Shown here: positions 14,531 through 27,684 of the stretch, piece after piece
Position numbering within the stretch: the stretch's first letter is position 1
How the letters are laid out: each line of letters begins with the position of its first letter
From: Ginglymostoma cirratum
Lineage: Eukaryota
Direction of reading: 5' to 3'
NCBI GenBank assembly: GCA_024137785.1
Contig: JAHRHZ010000125.1
Location: 7,172,312-7,236,311 of the forward strand
Length of the DNA stretch: 64,000 nt
Made by a program: the position numbers and the translations under genes
The notes under the pieces: generated by a model
Seen by the model: only the letters and a program-made list of their open reading frames with translations
The model's database searches: none
What the model was told of the DNA's origin: nothing

Positions 14531-15509
14531 TCTAATGAATAATGCCTCTTTATGGTAAATAATAAATCCTAGGATCTTAGTAAATATCAAAGGAGCCTTT
14601 CTTACTGAGAGACTATGAACTTGCTACCACATGGATAGCTGAGGCAAATTGCGCAATGCCTTTGAAGAGTACCTTGATATAAATGTGAAGGAGAAAGGGG
14701 TGATAAGGGTAAATGTTGATAGCGGCAAATGAAGTTCGATGGGAGGAGGTTTGTGCTGAGCATTAACACTGGCAAGACAAATTGGAAATGAACTGTCCTG
14801 TATTCAGTGCAATCGTGTACTTCTTCTGTGACAAACAGTTCCAGAAAAATTCATAGATCTAATGCCCAAACTTTGCTGCATGTGTTGTTTCTGCAAAGCC
14901 AAAAATATCAGGGCATTCCTACATAGGAGGCTCAGCATGCATCAAGCTTGTCAAAATATTCTGCTTCCACAAAGGGGTGACTGCCAACTGACATATTCGC
15001 AAAACACAAAAATTTAAGGGCCTAGGTTTTGGTGCAAAAGTAAAAAGGAACAATTTGTAATTTTTCTGGATAAATGTTAAGTACCTCTGTTGTGCCCTGT
15101 CTGATCAAAATTCAACACTCCATCTTGGTACATTATTGCAAGAAATATTCAATGTGTCACAAGTAAACTGCATTTTCAGGTCTCTCGGCAGATACAATAT
15201 AAGCGGCTAGAAAATGATTGGCAATAGGCTACAAATTCATATCATTGTGGCCAAGGCAGTGCTCCCCCCAGATCTGCCACTGGATAGCTGGAGCAATCCA
15301 AGTGAAGGTGTGGGGCTCATTTAAAGTGTTATTTGACAACCAAAGGAGAATTAGGACTCAAATACATATTGTTCAAAACCAGTCCAAATACACAGCACAG
15401 CATCACCAGTAGCTTAGATTACAATTGGCAGTTTAATTGAGACATATTAGGAAACAATACATTACGTTATGATATTTTTGTTAAATATAGAAAAATAGAC
15501 ATGCTTTAC

Positions 15510-15632
15510 CTTGCTGTAAAGGGGTAAAGTAATATTTAGGTTGCAGATTGCATGTTGGACAAGACCTCTAGTCGATTTTGGCTCTTTAATGAAAGATAAT
15601 CGTCCGCAAGGTTCTTGAGTCGTATCTCTTAC
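15510..15632 (-). CDS. ANK2: ANK2 exon, 123 nt: [41 protein letters not shown]
   Basis: ORF 15462..15644; caacag acceptor, gtaaag donor. Confidence 0.97.
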
Positions 15633-18059
15633 CTGTTGAGACATTTCAGAATTTGATTGAGTTCATACAACTGATGCTGAAATATATCAAAAACTGTTTG
15701 GCAAACTGACAAGCCTGCATACATCCATTTCAGTTCATCCTATTGAAATGGATCAATGTATCCTTTGTTCACAGTTCATCATGCAAAGAAAGGATGCAAT
15801 CATTTTCTTTCCAAACTAAAGGGAAATCACTTGTCAAACACCCTTTTCATGAGTCCTGTGTCAGGCTAAAATAGAAACGTGCAGTTGTAACTGTAATAAT
15901 ACATTCAATACAATGCAGATTTGACAATAGAACACTAACATTGGACCAATTGCAAGTGCAGTGTTTACTGTTTAAAAACTCTATAACTATTTTTGTTTAC
16001 ATCTAACACAAAAGACTTTATACACGAATGCTCTAATTGGCAAGGTATGCATCTTAAGATCATTTGGACAGCAGATTCAGATTCCACACTTGCTCAGAGA
16101 TATGAAAGTTCTAAATTCAAGCTGGATATATAAAAACCATAGGACATAAACCAGTTTGGAACAAATGCTTATTCATGTCCCTGACCTGTTATAACATTGA
16201 AACAACAGCATGAAGTACCACATTGCCCTGAAAGTCCCTCAAACACCTGGCAAAGTCAGTTACAGGAGTGATCAAACAGAGAAAATGTGCCTCATGTTTA
16301 GAATTGTCAGAGTCTGAGGAGCTAGTCCTTGAATCACAGGCCGTTTCTCTCCTATGCTTGTTGCGTATAAGTTCGAGAACCTAAAACAGTTCCCCCACAT
16401 CACGTTGCCAATAGTAATGGGATAGTTACTGACAGCAATGCTGACAAAAATCTGTTCGTACAGGTTATTAAGAATTTTCACCAACTGGAAGATTCAGGGA
16501 AATAATGGTTAACATTTGGTCTTCAATGGATACAATACCGCCTAAAACAGAATACTAAGGAATTGATGAGATTTATTATCAATTCTTATGCTTCTTTTTC
16601 TGTCATTAGGAATTGGGTAACAATATCCGAACCAGTTGGGTATTTTCCTTCAATATAATTTGTATTCCGACCAGACTTCCAGGGAGTGAATGGACTCATT
16701 ATTACTTAATCATTTACCTCCCCGTCGGGAGCTAGTACGAATGTACCACACAACTAGAATACCTCCAGCATACCAACAAGACTGAGGGAAGAATTTGGTG
16801 GAATCCTGTTATTAATTAAACTCAAAATAATTTCCACTATCATTACATGAAAAAAATCAATAATTCACTTTAACCAAATGAAAACGCAGACTGAATTTTA
16901 GGGGCCACTTCTGGATGGGCAAACAAATGGATAGACCTGTACTCTTGGTGACATGCCTGCTCAACAGCCATAATTTTATGAATGGTGGGGCCTGTTTCAG
17001 GTGGGTCATGTGTGATCCAATTCAGCCTTTTAAGTGATAGGGCATCAGGGCTTTTAAGCAAGGGTGTGCGGAGCCTCTGCCAGTCTGTGACTCCTCCCCA
17101 AAATTTTTCCCCAAATCCACTCTTCATCAGTGCCCTTTCCAACATGCTCCACTCAGCGCCCTCCCCAGCTCCTCCTCACCACCATCACTGCCTTCTGGCA
17201 CTGTCAATGTGCAACACTGTTGGCTCTGGTTGGCCTGCTACTCTATGAGTCAGTACATCCTACTGAAGATGGCTGAAAGTCCCACCTCATACTATTTCAA
17301 AGGTCAAAGCATAAACGATTAAAGTGGTGTGTGCCGATTAAGTGCGGGTGGGCTGGCCCTGTCCCCCCTTTATCCATTTGCAATGGGGTGCAACAAGCCC
17401 ATCCTCAGTGTATAATCCAGTCCATGGAATTCAAAGTTTAATTGCTGTGCAACAAGTAGTTGACAAGCAGGGATCAACATTTTTATGGTGTTGTGGAATT
17501 TTTAATTTGCTACCTTCCACAAATATGCACAAACAATTATCAGTCTAGTTAACCAGAATTTTCTCTAAATTTAATTTTTGAATAACAGATTAATTTAATT
17601 GTTTGGAAAGTGAAGATGACGATATGTTCAATCACTGCCAAATAACTGACAAAGTTTTAGAGACTATCAAGTCCCGGGCGTCTTTACCAGTGACTGCAAT
17701 GTTAGCGAATTTCAATTGAGTACTTTTCCTTAGGTTACACAAGTGAAGAATAAAACATGTTAAAGATCCAGTTTAAGATAACACCCAAAGACTTGTGCTG
17801 CAATTGTTGGATGTTTAGTAAGAAAATTATCCTGTGATTAAAAGTATTTTTGATGTTCAATCTCTGGGCTTGCACATATGAAATGGCAACTTTGGAAAGA
17901 TAGTGGGAGGGTAAATAGCTTCTAACAATAATCCCGAAGAATACACAACAGTTTAGAAGCTTGGAGAGATGCTGAGGGGTAGACAAGGAATAAAACAGCT
18001 TAGTGTGAAACCCACATATATCTACCATCTACTGGTGCAAATAAGGTGTTTTACCGTAC

Positions 18060-18185
18060 CTTAACAAACAGCGCAAGTCTATTTTCTTTGAAAGCATAGA
18101 AACTGAAAAGATGATGTTGTCCACTCTTTGTGAGAGGCACAAGATTGCCAAAACAGTCAGCATAAATTGGCTTGCCCTCCAGTAC
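18060..18185 (-). CDS. ANK2: ANK2 exon, 126 nt: [42 protein letters not shown]
   Basis: Manual translation; ttgtag acceptor, gtacgg donor. Confidence 0.97.
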
Positions 18186-18569
18186 CTACAAAAAGACAGA
18201 TTCAGATAGAAATATTAATGCCTCCATTAGTATATGATTTTTTTCTGATCCATCCAGTCTGTATGGTTTGATTACTGTTAGGAAGAAAAAGGAAGAGGGG
18301 AGGGAGTTAGGAAGAAAGGAGGGGGATGAAAGAGGAGGATGGTGCCAGAAATGAATCTGAAATATTAAGTGTTAATTTAAATTCAGCAAGAGCTTTGTAT
18401 GAATTTAGGAAAAGTGTATTTTCGCTTGGAGTCAGAGTGAGTCTTCATTTGAACATATTGTAATTTAAACTATATTTTAAACAAATGCGATTTGTACTAT
18501 AGTCAGAACAAATATAAAATTGAATCAAAGAACTAATTAAACAAACAAAAATTTGAGCATTACTGGAAA

Positions 18570-19330
18570 TAGATTTTTTCCTAAGACTTTCATCTTGCAT
18601 TCATCAAGAAAATTCACAACACACCGATGTCAAGGGAAAACAACATTTATACTGTATGAGGACAGTACTGATTAACTGGTGAATGGATCTTGATTGGTAC
18701 AGACATTGCCACGGGGAATACATTAGTCAGATGATGACAGACAGTGCACTGCCAAGCTTTGTTTCTGTTTTCAACCACTTAGGTTGACTCTAATTGATTA
18801 AGGCATTGCCTTGAGAAATGAACCAGAGAATGGCTGGCACCTATTTTGTTCAGTTGAAATCAGTGCTGTACTTTCTTGAATAGAGCAGAACCCTGTGCAT
18901 TAATATATGCAGCCTCAAGTAGACACAAGTGTGTCATACAAGAGCCCAACTGACAATCCTAAATTACTTATCACAATTTTTCACATACTCTTGGTCATTT
19001 AGTAAATGTCGTCCAATTGCAGAATCACATCTAATGAACAGCACTGTGTTTTAAGTTCTGCAACTGCAAGATGGTTGAGTACAGTCGGTACCTTGCTTAT
19101 TGCAGAGTTGAAAGAATATGCCGTTTGATACAATCCACCAGTCTTTCTGATGTAGAGCCTACATTCTTGTATTCACACCAAAACTGATATTTATAAACCA
19201 TATTACTCATTTGTGTGATAGGTGGAACATCATCTTCGCTTGACAACAGCATCTTGTTAATGGTAAACATCACTCATTTGCTACCATAGTCGCAGCATGA
19301 AACAACTAGCTACGTTTGTTCCTCACCCTT
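18570..19330 (-). mobile_element. Old Penelope-like element fragment (third lineage), degenerate GIY-YIG; boundaries approximate
   Basis: Manual translation NMVYKYQFWCEYKNVGSTSERLVDCIKRHI ... DSAIGRHLLND ... HLCLLEAAYINAQG with stops and frameshifts; decayed TTGATGA-atgcaagat-GAAA near 18580-18608. Confidence 0.75.
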
Positions 19331-19627
19331 TGAAAATCCTTAGCCAAGATAGACTAGGCATGTTTCAAGACCAAAAATGATGGACTTGGGCCTTTTCAAG
19401 TTTCCACAATGTGCAGTGAGAAATGATCTGATCAAGGTGGCCCTTGTTCCACAGATTGGCTTTGATCCCCCTTATTTCAGCATAAACCTTGTTTGGAACA
19501 AATGGCTTGGACCCTATTTGCAAGGTTGCCAATAAAGCCAATTTTATACAGCATGAAACTGTAGGAATCCCCATGTAATTTCCTAATGTACTCTAGAGCA
19601 CTGCCTAGTCATTAAACTCATTCGTTA

Positions 19628-19762
19628 AAAGCAAAACAAAGCAGATTCTAGAAACCTGAATGAACAACAAAACAAAAGTGCTGGAGAAACTCAGTGGGTT
19701 TGGCAGCATCTGTGAAGAAAGAAAGACTTAACATTTCAAATCCGATATGACCCTTCCGTGTG
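19628..19762 (-). mobile_element. Short PLE-type terminal-repeat insertion (family B), 13-bp TSD
   Basis: AACTCATTCGTTA at 19615-19627 and 19763-19775; homologous to copies at 32741, 51312, 56945. Confidence 0.8.
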
Positions 19763-19788
19763 AACTCATTCGTTATTTATTCTCGTAC

Positions 19789-20017
19789 CTCAACATCTCT
19801 GCTCCTTGCAACCTCTGTGAAATTTTCCTGCTGTTCCAATGTCTTGTCTACCTTGTCATCTGTCATACAAAAACATCTCAATCGTGCCTCGACTGGATCG
19901 AGTGATTTGGCAAAAACTACAAATTTGGCCATGTACGGTACACAGATAATTTCTCTGTACACTTGTGTGGCAAAGTTGACAGATTCTTGGATCTGCCGGC
20001 AATCTATGAGCCAGAAC
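19789..20017 (-). CDS. ANK2: ANK2 exon, 229 nt, UPA: [76 protein letters not shown]
   Basis: ORF 19777..19962 extended upstream; ttgcag acceptor, gtacga donor. Confidence 0.98.
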
Positions 20018-20956
20018 CTGCAACAAGCAAAACAAGAAACATTTTATTCAGTCTCAGCCAGACACATGTCATTCACTGGACGGAGTACTGAACTGTTCAG
20101 GATTGAAAACAAATGCTGATTACTTGAAGTTTTATGTAACAAAGTCCATTCTGAATTTTCCAATGACCTAGCCTCAACAGGTTTCTTGAGATAAAGTCTT
20201 CTGGGTTCGTATAGTTTAAAGAAATGCTTCCTGATGTTACCTGATGATCAACTGAGCTTTAACTTTAAGCTTATGAGCTTTGGCTTGGGTTGGCCACCAA
20301 AGGTACAATGTTTTCTCAGCCAAACATTTTAATGATCATATACCTTAATTATGTTATCCCTTTAAATTTTTCTACTGAAGGGAATATAGGCCTGACCTTT
20401 GCAAACTGTCTTCAACATTTGACTCTGTTGGTACCATGATGATTGGTAAAACCACACTGCACCACCTTCAACACCAATCGCTCCTTCCTGAGGTGTGCCT
20501 ACTTGAACTGACCGCAGTACTCCAGATATAATCTAACAAGAGCTTTAAAGAGCTGTAAAATAAATACCAGCTCCTTTCACTCCAACTCCTTTAATATAAG
20601 GAATATCAGACAATTAGCTTTTTCATTTTTTTGTTTTAGATATCCATTTACTTTTAGCAATTTCTGTAGAAAAACTTCTAGATATCGCTGTTCATTCATA
20701 GTTCTCACCATCCACAAAGTACCCAGTTTCTTTTCTAAATTCCAAAGCGGATGACCACATATTTCTCGCCCTGAACACTATTTACTATAGGTTGGCCAGT
20801 GACTTGAGTTACTACAATTAATCTTTGCAATTCTCTGCAACTAAACATAGTATTTAGTATGCCAGCTAACTTGGTGGCATCGCAGTTCTGTTCTGCAGTC
20901 TAATGTACTTCGAGAAATCATGGGTGCACTGTTTTAAAGCTCTTCAAAATCTTTAC

Positions 20957-21053
20957 CTGGCTGACACATTTGTCGTGAAGGAAACACACTCATTGACAAA
21001 TGATAAAGGCGTAGTTCCGGTTATATCTTCCCATTGGGCTGGCGTTGTTCCAC
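20957..21053 (-). CDS. ANK2: ANK2 exon, 97 nt: [31 protein letters not shown](R)
   Basis: Manual translation; tcctag acceptor, gtaaag donor. Confidence 0.97.
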
Positions 21054-23109
21054 CTAGGAAGCAAGACAAAGCCATAAACTATTATTCCAAAGTTGTAAAA
21101 TACACCTTGTCACAGGAGACTCACATATATAGTAGATATGTCTCTCAATGTATCTACATGTTATCAGATTGGAAAAAGAAAATTCTCATGGAACAGACAA
21201 CTTGTAATAAAAGTGGACCAACACAAAAAATTAGATTTCAGAAAGCCTGAATGTAAGAGACATTTGTGGTATTTATAAAACTGCTAACCAACTTGAACTA
21301 TAATTAGAATTAACAGCACTTCTGCGTTAAATGTTTGAAAAAGTTAAGTACATGGGATAGAGTTTATGCTTTTCAATGTTGGTTGGAAAACAGGGGCATG
21401 TAATATCCAGCAGATGGCCTTCGCATCGGCTACCTGTCCCTGCCTGAGATTTACAAGCAGGCTCTCCATAGCTTGCCCACCCTTCGGCCTCTTGAAGCCT
21501 TTAGGTGGCCAATTAAGTCACTTAGGCACCTCATCCTGCTGTCCCTGGTATTTTCATTTGAGCCCTAAGTCCCATGGCAAGAAAGATTCAAATGGGTGAC
21601 TGACACAGTGTAAACCACCTTCCCTTAGAAACAGTGTATATCAACAGGTGCTCAGAATCAGTGCACAGTCCTTGTCAGGGATCTGTCTCCTTCAGGTGGA
21701 ATCAGATCAAGAGAGACTGAGGGAAAACCCTGAGAAGAGTTCCCAAAAGTTCAGCCGAGCGCAGGATGCTGCCTTCACAATATTAATGAGATCACACACT
21801 CCATGCCAGCTGCCTGTTCATCCTCTGGTATCAGTGAACAATCCGTAACTGTCATGGACGAATACTTTCTTGTCTAAATAACCAGTATACCATAACTAAA
21901 TTGCTACCTCTTCACAAATTTAGCAAACTATTGAAAATACAATCTGTCAACTGCTTATTTTAAGGTAACTGTGGTCACATATGCCCCAAAATCTAACGAT
22001 GTTTACCCTGACCCATACTACGGGGAGAGATTATCTACCAAGCAGCCTGCCTGCTCTCGGGCCTATTGAACACCTGCAAGTGGACATTCAGGTGCCACTT
22101 AAGGGCCTGATTCCAACCCTATTTTAAAGGTTCTATCCACAAGGAAAGGTAGGGGCATGAGCTTTCTTTGCTGGGGTGCTGGAAGGCACAGCAAAGGGAT
22201 AAGCTCATTGGGGACCGTGTGTCTGTTGGGAATGTTCTGTATCCACTGAGGCGTAATCTGTCACCCCACAGAATACACCCAAGAATAGGTACTTGAGATG
22301 CCATAACTTACAGGGCTACAGAGGCAAGAGTTGGGGTTTGTGACTAAGTTCAATGGATCCTTTTTGGCTGGAATGGACATGATGGTCGAAATGCTGCCTC
22401 CTTTGGTGAAAGCCATTTAATGCCTCTAACAAAATATCCAGGAATCAACAAAGCTGGACCCAGATAAAGAAATTGCAAGAAAGATGCATGGTCAAATGTA
22501 TTCATTTGTATTCCAAGTATCCCATTTGTTCATTGAATAAGGGCTTTGCTGGCTAATTCAGCATTTATCGCCCACCCCGTCCTTGCCCTTGAGAAGATGA
22601 TGATGGTGAACTCCAGGTATGGAGAGGCAATAAATGCTTGCCCAGCCAGTGAATGAATAAAGAAAAACAAGTGATAATGCATCACAGCCACTATCACAGA
22701 CCACGTTGTTTGATACAGTAGGAGAAAGACTCTGTCAGGATGCTGTGGAAGTCAAAGTACTCAAGCAAATGGTTATTTTTTTAATTCTCACTGACAACTT
22801 ATGCCTGCTTTCTTTTATAGTTACGCGTGGGGATTTAATGAGTTTCAGATCATGACTCTAAAATCCCACGACAATATTTACCTTCATGAGAATTTACACC
22901 TACTCCATCAGTTTGTGACTTTCACACTGTAGCTAAAAACCCTTTTAATAGCCAAAATGTGGCCTGTTTGAAGATGTCACCCTTCCCATTCCACCTGGTA
23001 ACATTTTGAGCTGTCAGAAATGGGACCATGAATTCTGACATCAATTCCTGCTCACCATTTTTAGCAGTTGACTTGGCATATCCGCAAATACCAAGCCCTT
23101 GGATTCCAA

Positions 23110-23395
23110 CTGTTGAATGACCATCAGATGTAGGAGCAGAAGTAGGCCATTCAGCCAATCAAATTTACTCCCCCACTCAACGAGATCCTGGCTGATTTGA
23201 TAACCCTCAAAACCACTTTCCTGTCTTTTCCCTCTAACTCTAGATTCCCACATGGATAAAAAAAGTCTCTTTCAGCCTTGAATAAGCTGAATGGCCTAGT
23301 CTTAACAGTATTCTGTGGTAAAGAATTCCACAGATTCACTACCCTCAGGGAAGAAATTCCCCCTTAGCTCGGTCTTAAATGTGTGACCCCTATTA
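23110..23395 (-). mobile_element. CR1 LINE 3' end
   Basis: NLWNSLPQ...FKAERD C-terminal ORF2 motif and CR1-type 3' tail. Confidence 0.75.
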
Positions 23396-23869
23396 ATGAG
23401 GCATCAGTAGCTCTGACCACAATTTTTCAATCTCCCTTAAATATGAAAATAGCATCTTAGGTGTAAAAATAGTCATTGTAATGTTGATGTACAAGTATTG
23501 AGCACTGGATAAGTTCAGAAACATCAGTCCACATGTCTGGCACGTCAGAGAACCTTTCTGATGTTGCAGAAATGCAGGAAGTACCCAGAAATGCAAAGTC
23601 CCAAAACCAATTTCCATACGGGTGGACATGGAGTTGGCAGACAAAAATTCAGCTGTTTTCAATTAAATAAACCCACTGCAGAGTACGCAGAACAGGCTAG
23701 TTCAGAGCAAACCTGCTTTCAGTGCATTTATTTTGGACAGCTGACATTCCCCCTGTGGATACAGTTCCAGCAGAGGCAGGGGTCAGGTGTCCTTTGCCAA
23801 GAGGGTGGGTACCCTTTGGGATTGTTAGCAGTAGAGAAGATTATGTCTAAAAGCTACACAAACCTCTTG

Positions 23870-24130
23870 GAACTGTGAAGATGTCAAAGTGTGAAGCTTG
23901 TCAAGCACTGTCAGGATCTGGCAAGAAGTATAAAACACAGCAACAACCGTCCACAAGTGCCAAACTCATCAAGCATTGTCAAGGAGTGCAGAATGTATCA
24001 ATGACTGACAAAAAGTACCAGAAGCATCAAGAACTGTCAAGGAGTGTCAAGGATATCAAGATTTATCAAGAAGTATCAAAAATATCCAGACCTGTCAGGA
24101 ACTGACAAAGCTGTCAAATCTTGTCATGGG
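23870..24130 (+). repeat. Degenerate short-period tandem repeat (TGTCAAGRA-like units)
   Basis: Recurrent tgtcaa/tatcaa/tgtcag units at roughly 9-18 nt spacing. Confidence 0.6.
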
Positions 24131-25014
24131 TACTTGTGGATACTGGGAGGGTTGGCATGGTACATGAAGAGGTAAAAGAGATGGAAGTAGATACTAAGAT
24201 GGCATGGTCATAGAGTGTGGGTGCAGGGTAACAGGGTGGCATACATTATTTGAGTAACATAGAGTATAGGTAGAGGGGCACAGGTTGGCATGGGGATGGG
24301 TAGATGGCATGAGATGGCATGGATGAGGCACTGTAGGTGGATGGGGTGACAGTGAGTGAGGATGGATAAGGAGTGAGAGCTAGTGGAATATTTTATTCCT
24401 TTATTTTCATCTTTGGACATAGTGCTGGAATGCCTAGGTAGGTTTTCCTCCCAGTCAACCTTGGTAAGTCACAGGCTACTCACGTTCTTCTTGGGTTGCC
24501 CAGCCCACTTTCTAACTGAGTATGTACCAACAGACCAAAAATGGGATACAGCAGACCGCCATTTTTAAAACCAGGTTTGGAGAGCTCATGAACCCTTATT
24601 TCCATGTGCCTGAACTGGGAAAGTAAATTGAGGCCTTTAACTTTCATGATTAGTGGACAAATCTCGGAATCTACAACTTAACATAAAATGCATGGATTTT
24701 AGTTGATAAAGATATGAATAAATTTTCTGAAGGTATCACACAAATGTATGAGAAAATTTGAAGGCATATGCTGCAAGAGAAATTTCAATGACGTAAAAAA
24801 AAATTTAGAGATGGACGGGGAGAAAAATAGTTTGGTAATTATGTAGGAATTAGGTTGGAAAAGTGCTCTAAGTGGTATATCCCCATGGTCACATTGCTGT
24901 CATTTCAATACAATGACAATCAGCCAGACTGTCAGGCTGATGGCAGACTCCACTAGATTAGTATCTGGTAGTTGTCTTTGTGTCAACATTTACAACAAGG
25001 TATTGGTACCTTAC

Positions 25015-25219
25015 CTGTTATACTGCAAAGTAACCTGAGAGTTGGAGTGTCTCCACCGTAGCCGTTCATTAGGCCTTCAGTAGAGTATTTTGGAATAGGA
25101 ATTGTCATCGTTATAGGTTTATGGAATTTCCTTCTTCGAGGCTCCAGGGTGACTATCGGACTGAAGGTTGCCTTGTTACCAAGAATTTTCTTGACTAGCT
25201 CAACATGCATGGGCTGGGC
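25015..25219 (-). CDS. ANK2: ANK2 exon, 205 nt, ZU5-C: [68 protein letters not shown](G)
   Basis: ORF 24983..25210; gtccag acceptor, gtaagg donor. Confidence 0.98.
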
Positions 25220-25362
25220 CTGGACATTAATAAAGGAAAACAGTAAAGACGCTTTTCAGCTAACAGTATCTGTAAAACAGCAAACTAATGTTCCTACTTA
25301 AACATATTTGACGACTGGACCCAGGCACGCCACATTGTTTAAAACTCTGGGAGATTAGTTAC

Positions 25363-25574
25363 CTGGAGGCCAACTCTAATCCTTTTAGTTAATGCTCCCT
25401 CAGGGAAGACTGCTTGAACCTGTGGTACAACAGTACTGCTCAACACACCTCCTTCTGGCCCAATCAAGTTACTGTCCTGCCTGACCCTGGACACAACTGC
25501 AAAGTACTGTGGGAAATCCCTGGTGATGATACGGCAAATACGTTTTTTGTCAAGTTCCTCTGGGCTGTCAAGCA
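25363..25574 (-). CDS. ANK2: ANK2 exon, 212 nt: (V)[70 protein letters not shown]
   Basis: ORF 25339..25638; ttacag acceptor, gtaact donor. Confidence 0.98.
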
Positions 25575-27529
25575 CTGTAAATAGGAAAGAGAACACCATT
25601 ATTGAAATTCTTCTGCTCAAACTGTATATGACGGGCATTAACTTACTTACTAATGATCAGTATGATCTGTTTATTTTAGAAACCAAAACTCTTGAATGTG
25701 ATTCAACCAAAACATTGTTAATTTTTTTTCAGAATGTGTTGTTTATTCAATTTAGATCCATGAAATCAAAATGAAGTTGGACTTTTTTAACGGCAATGCA
25801 TGGCCCGGGCCAAAATAGTTTGAATATTGTAATCATGCCAATGTTGGTGATGCAGTTAAAATGGTCAATATGATAATTCTGAGGAGTGAATGTATATGCA
25901 CAAATATTCTGAAAGCCGGAGAGTCATTGCTTGTCAGGAATTAAGATGACAGGAAAAAAGAGACATCACCTTCTTCAACACCCCTCTGCACTCCTCAAAA
26001 AAAAACCCAGTACTCAATACCTACCTATGCATTCCTCAAGAGTAGCCACTGCTGGCCTGAGCCCCTTGAACCAATGCATAGCTGTCAGTAGCTGCCCTCC
26101 TACCAACTCTAAGAACTAAATCACTTATCTGGCACCCTATGCACATGCCACCCTGGCATCTTACCCACCTGGAGCCCTTATCCCTTAACTAACTACGTCC
26201 GAATTCCACACTTACCAACCCAATTATCCTTTCAGAAGATCTGTCAAACTGGTTGTATATTTAAATCTCAGAATACGGTATCTACCGCTGTGAAAAACGG
26301 GGCATGGTGTAACTTCCCCTGATATCCTGCACTGCGAGAGACCTGTTGGATTTTGGGTATGCTCCACATTTCTCAAGGAGTCAGGATCAGAATTGCCAGC
26401 CAGGCATGAAGAATTTATAGCTGGTGGGAAAAGGTAGGAGTGGATTGCCAAACTGACCGCGATTGTTTTTCCTCTGAATATTTTGGGCTGTAAAAGTAGG
26501 TAAAGTGTCCAGACTTGAATACTGTAGGGTTGATATATTTTACAAAGACAGGTTAGAGAAATCCCATGAGAGATACGTACTAAAATATGTGTTGTTGGTG
26601 CCTGGGAACGTATATGCTGAGAGTGGTATAGGTCGGGTTTGAAGATTCAAGAGACAAAGAATGATGTGATTCTAGTGAAAGCTGCTGATGATAAGGACCT
26701 AAGTTACTGGCGTAATCAAGATCATTAAGTGTGCAATTTTAGAAAAGTGGTTTGCTAACCTTCATCTGATAAAGGAGTCACGCAAAACTGATTAATCATA
26801 GGTTTCCGAAGACGTCTGCAGACATCAACACCAGCTGGCTCTGGCTTGAGCAATCAAATTATATAAAATGAGAATGAAATTATATCTGACAATGTCTGAT
26901 GACCTGCATTGTGGGACTAGTAGCAGTTATGATATTTGAGCGATAGAACAGAGAGATTATAATTAATTTAGCACAAGTGTTACCTAAATTCTTAATTATA
27001 CAACCATAAACTAGAATTCTGATCAGTTCAGATTTCACGTGGAATGTTAAAAAGTGAAGTTCTGTCATTAAAAAATAATGTCTAAAATAAACATTTCAAT
27101 AATTTTTATTTTTGAATTGATGAGAGAGAACTCTGACTTGCTGAACTGGATGTAATTATTCTGTATGAAACAAGTTAATCTGTGACTGTACATGGTTCTT
27201 TTCCAACATGGGTGTTGCATGTTAAGATATTTGTCTTCACACTGGAACACTAACATTGGCATTGTTAGAGCCTCAGTTTCAGCACACACACTTTTTTTCA
27301 AAAATTATTCAGTCCTTTTGCGATTTCCAAACAAGATCCAAGGGTGAGGCCCACACCAGCTCACAAAACAAGCACATCTTTACATAGATTTAATTGATCC
27401 AAATGAATTTTCAGGCTGGGATGAACCTCAGACCCATGATTATCTGAATATGTAATGAGATAAGTGCAATGGCCCTTTGTTTTCTCATTACTTGTCTCTT
27501 GCACTACCCTCATTGCCCAAAGTTGGTAC

Positions 27530-27684
27530 CTTCATCCATCCCATTCAATATTTCATTCAACTCTTCTTCAGTATATTCACACTGATGTTCCTTCCAGGTC
27601 TCCCCTGTTTCACTGCGCAGCACGACCAGCTCCCGTTCCTTCCCACGCACAGCCGCGAAGTGTGGAATCTCCACAATCACAGGC
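27530..27684 (-). CDS. ANK2: ANK2 exon, 155 nt: [51 protein letters not shown]
   Basis: ORF 27510..27713; ttttag acceptor, gtacca donor. Confidence 0.97.

Noticed and set aside
13927-14558. Three long ORFs (172-202 aa)
   Set aside because: Artefacts of the N run
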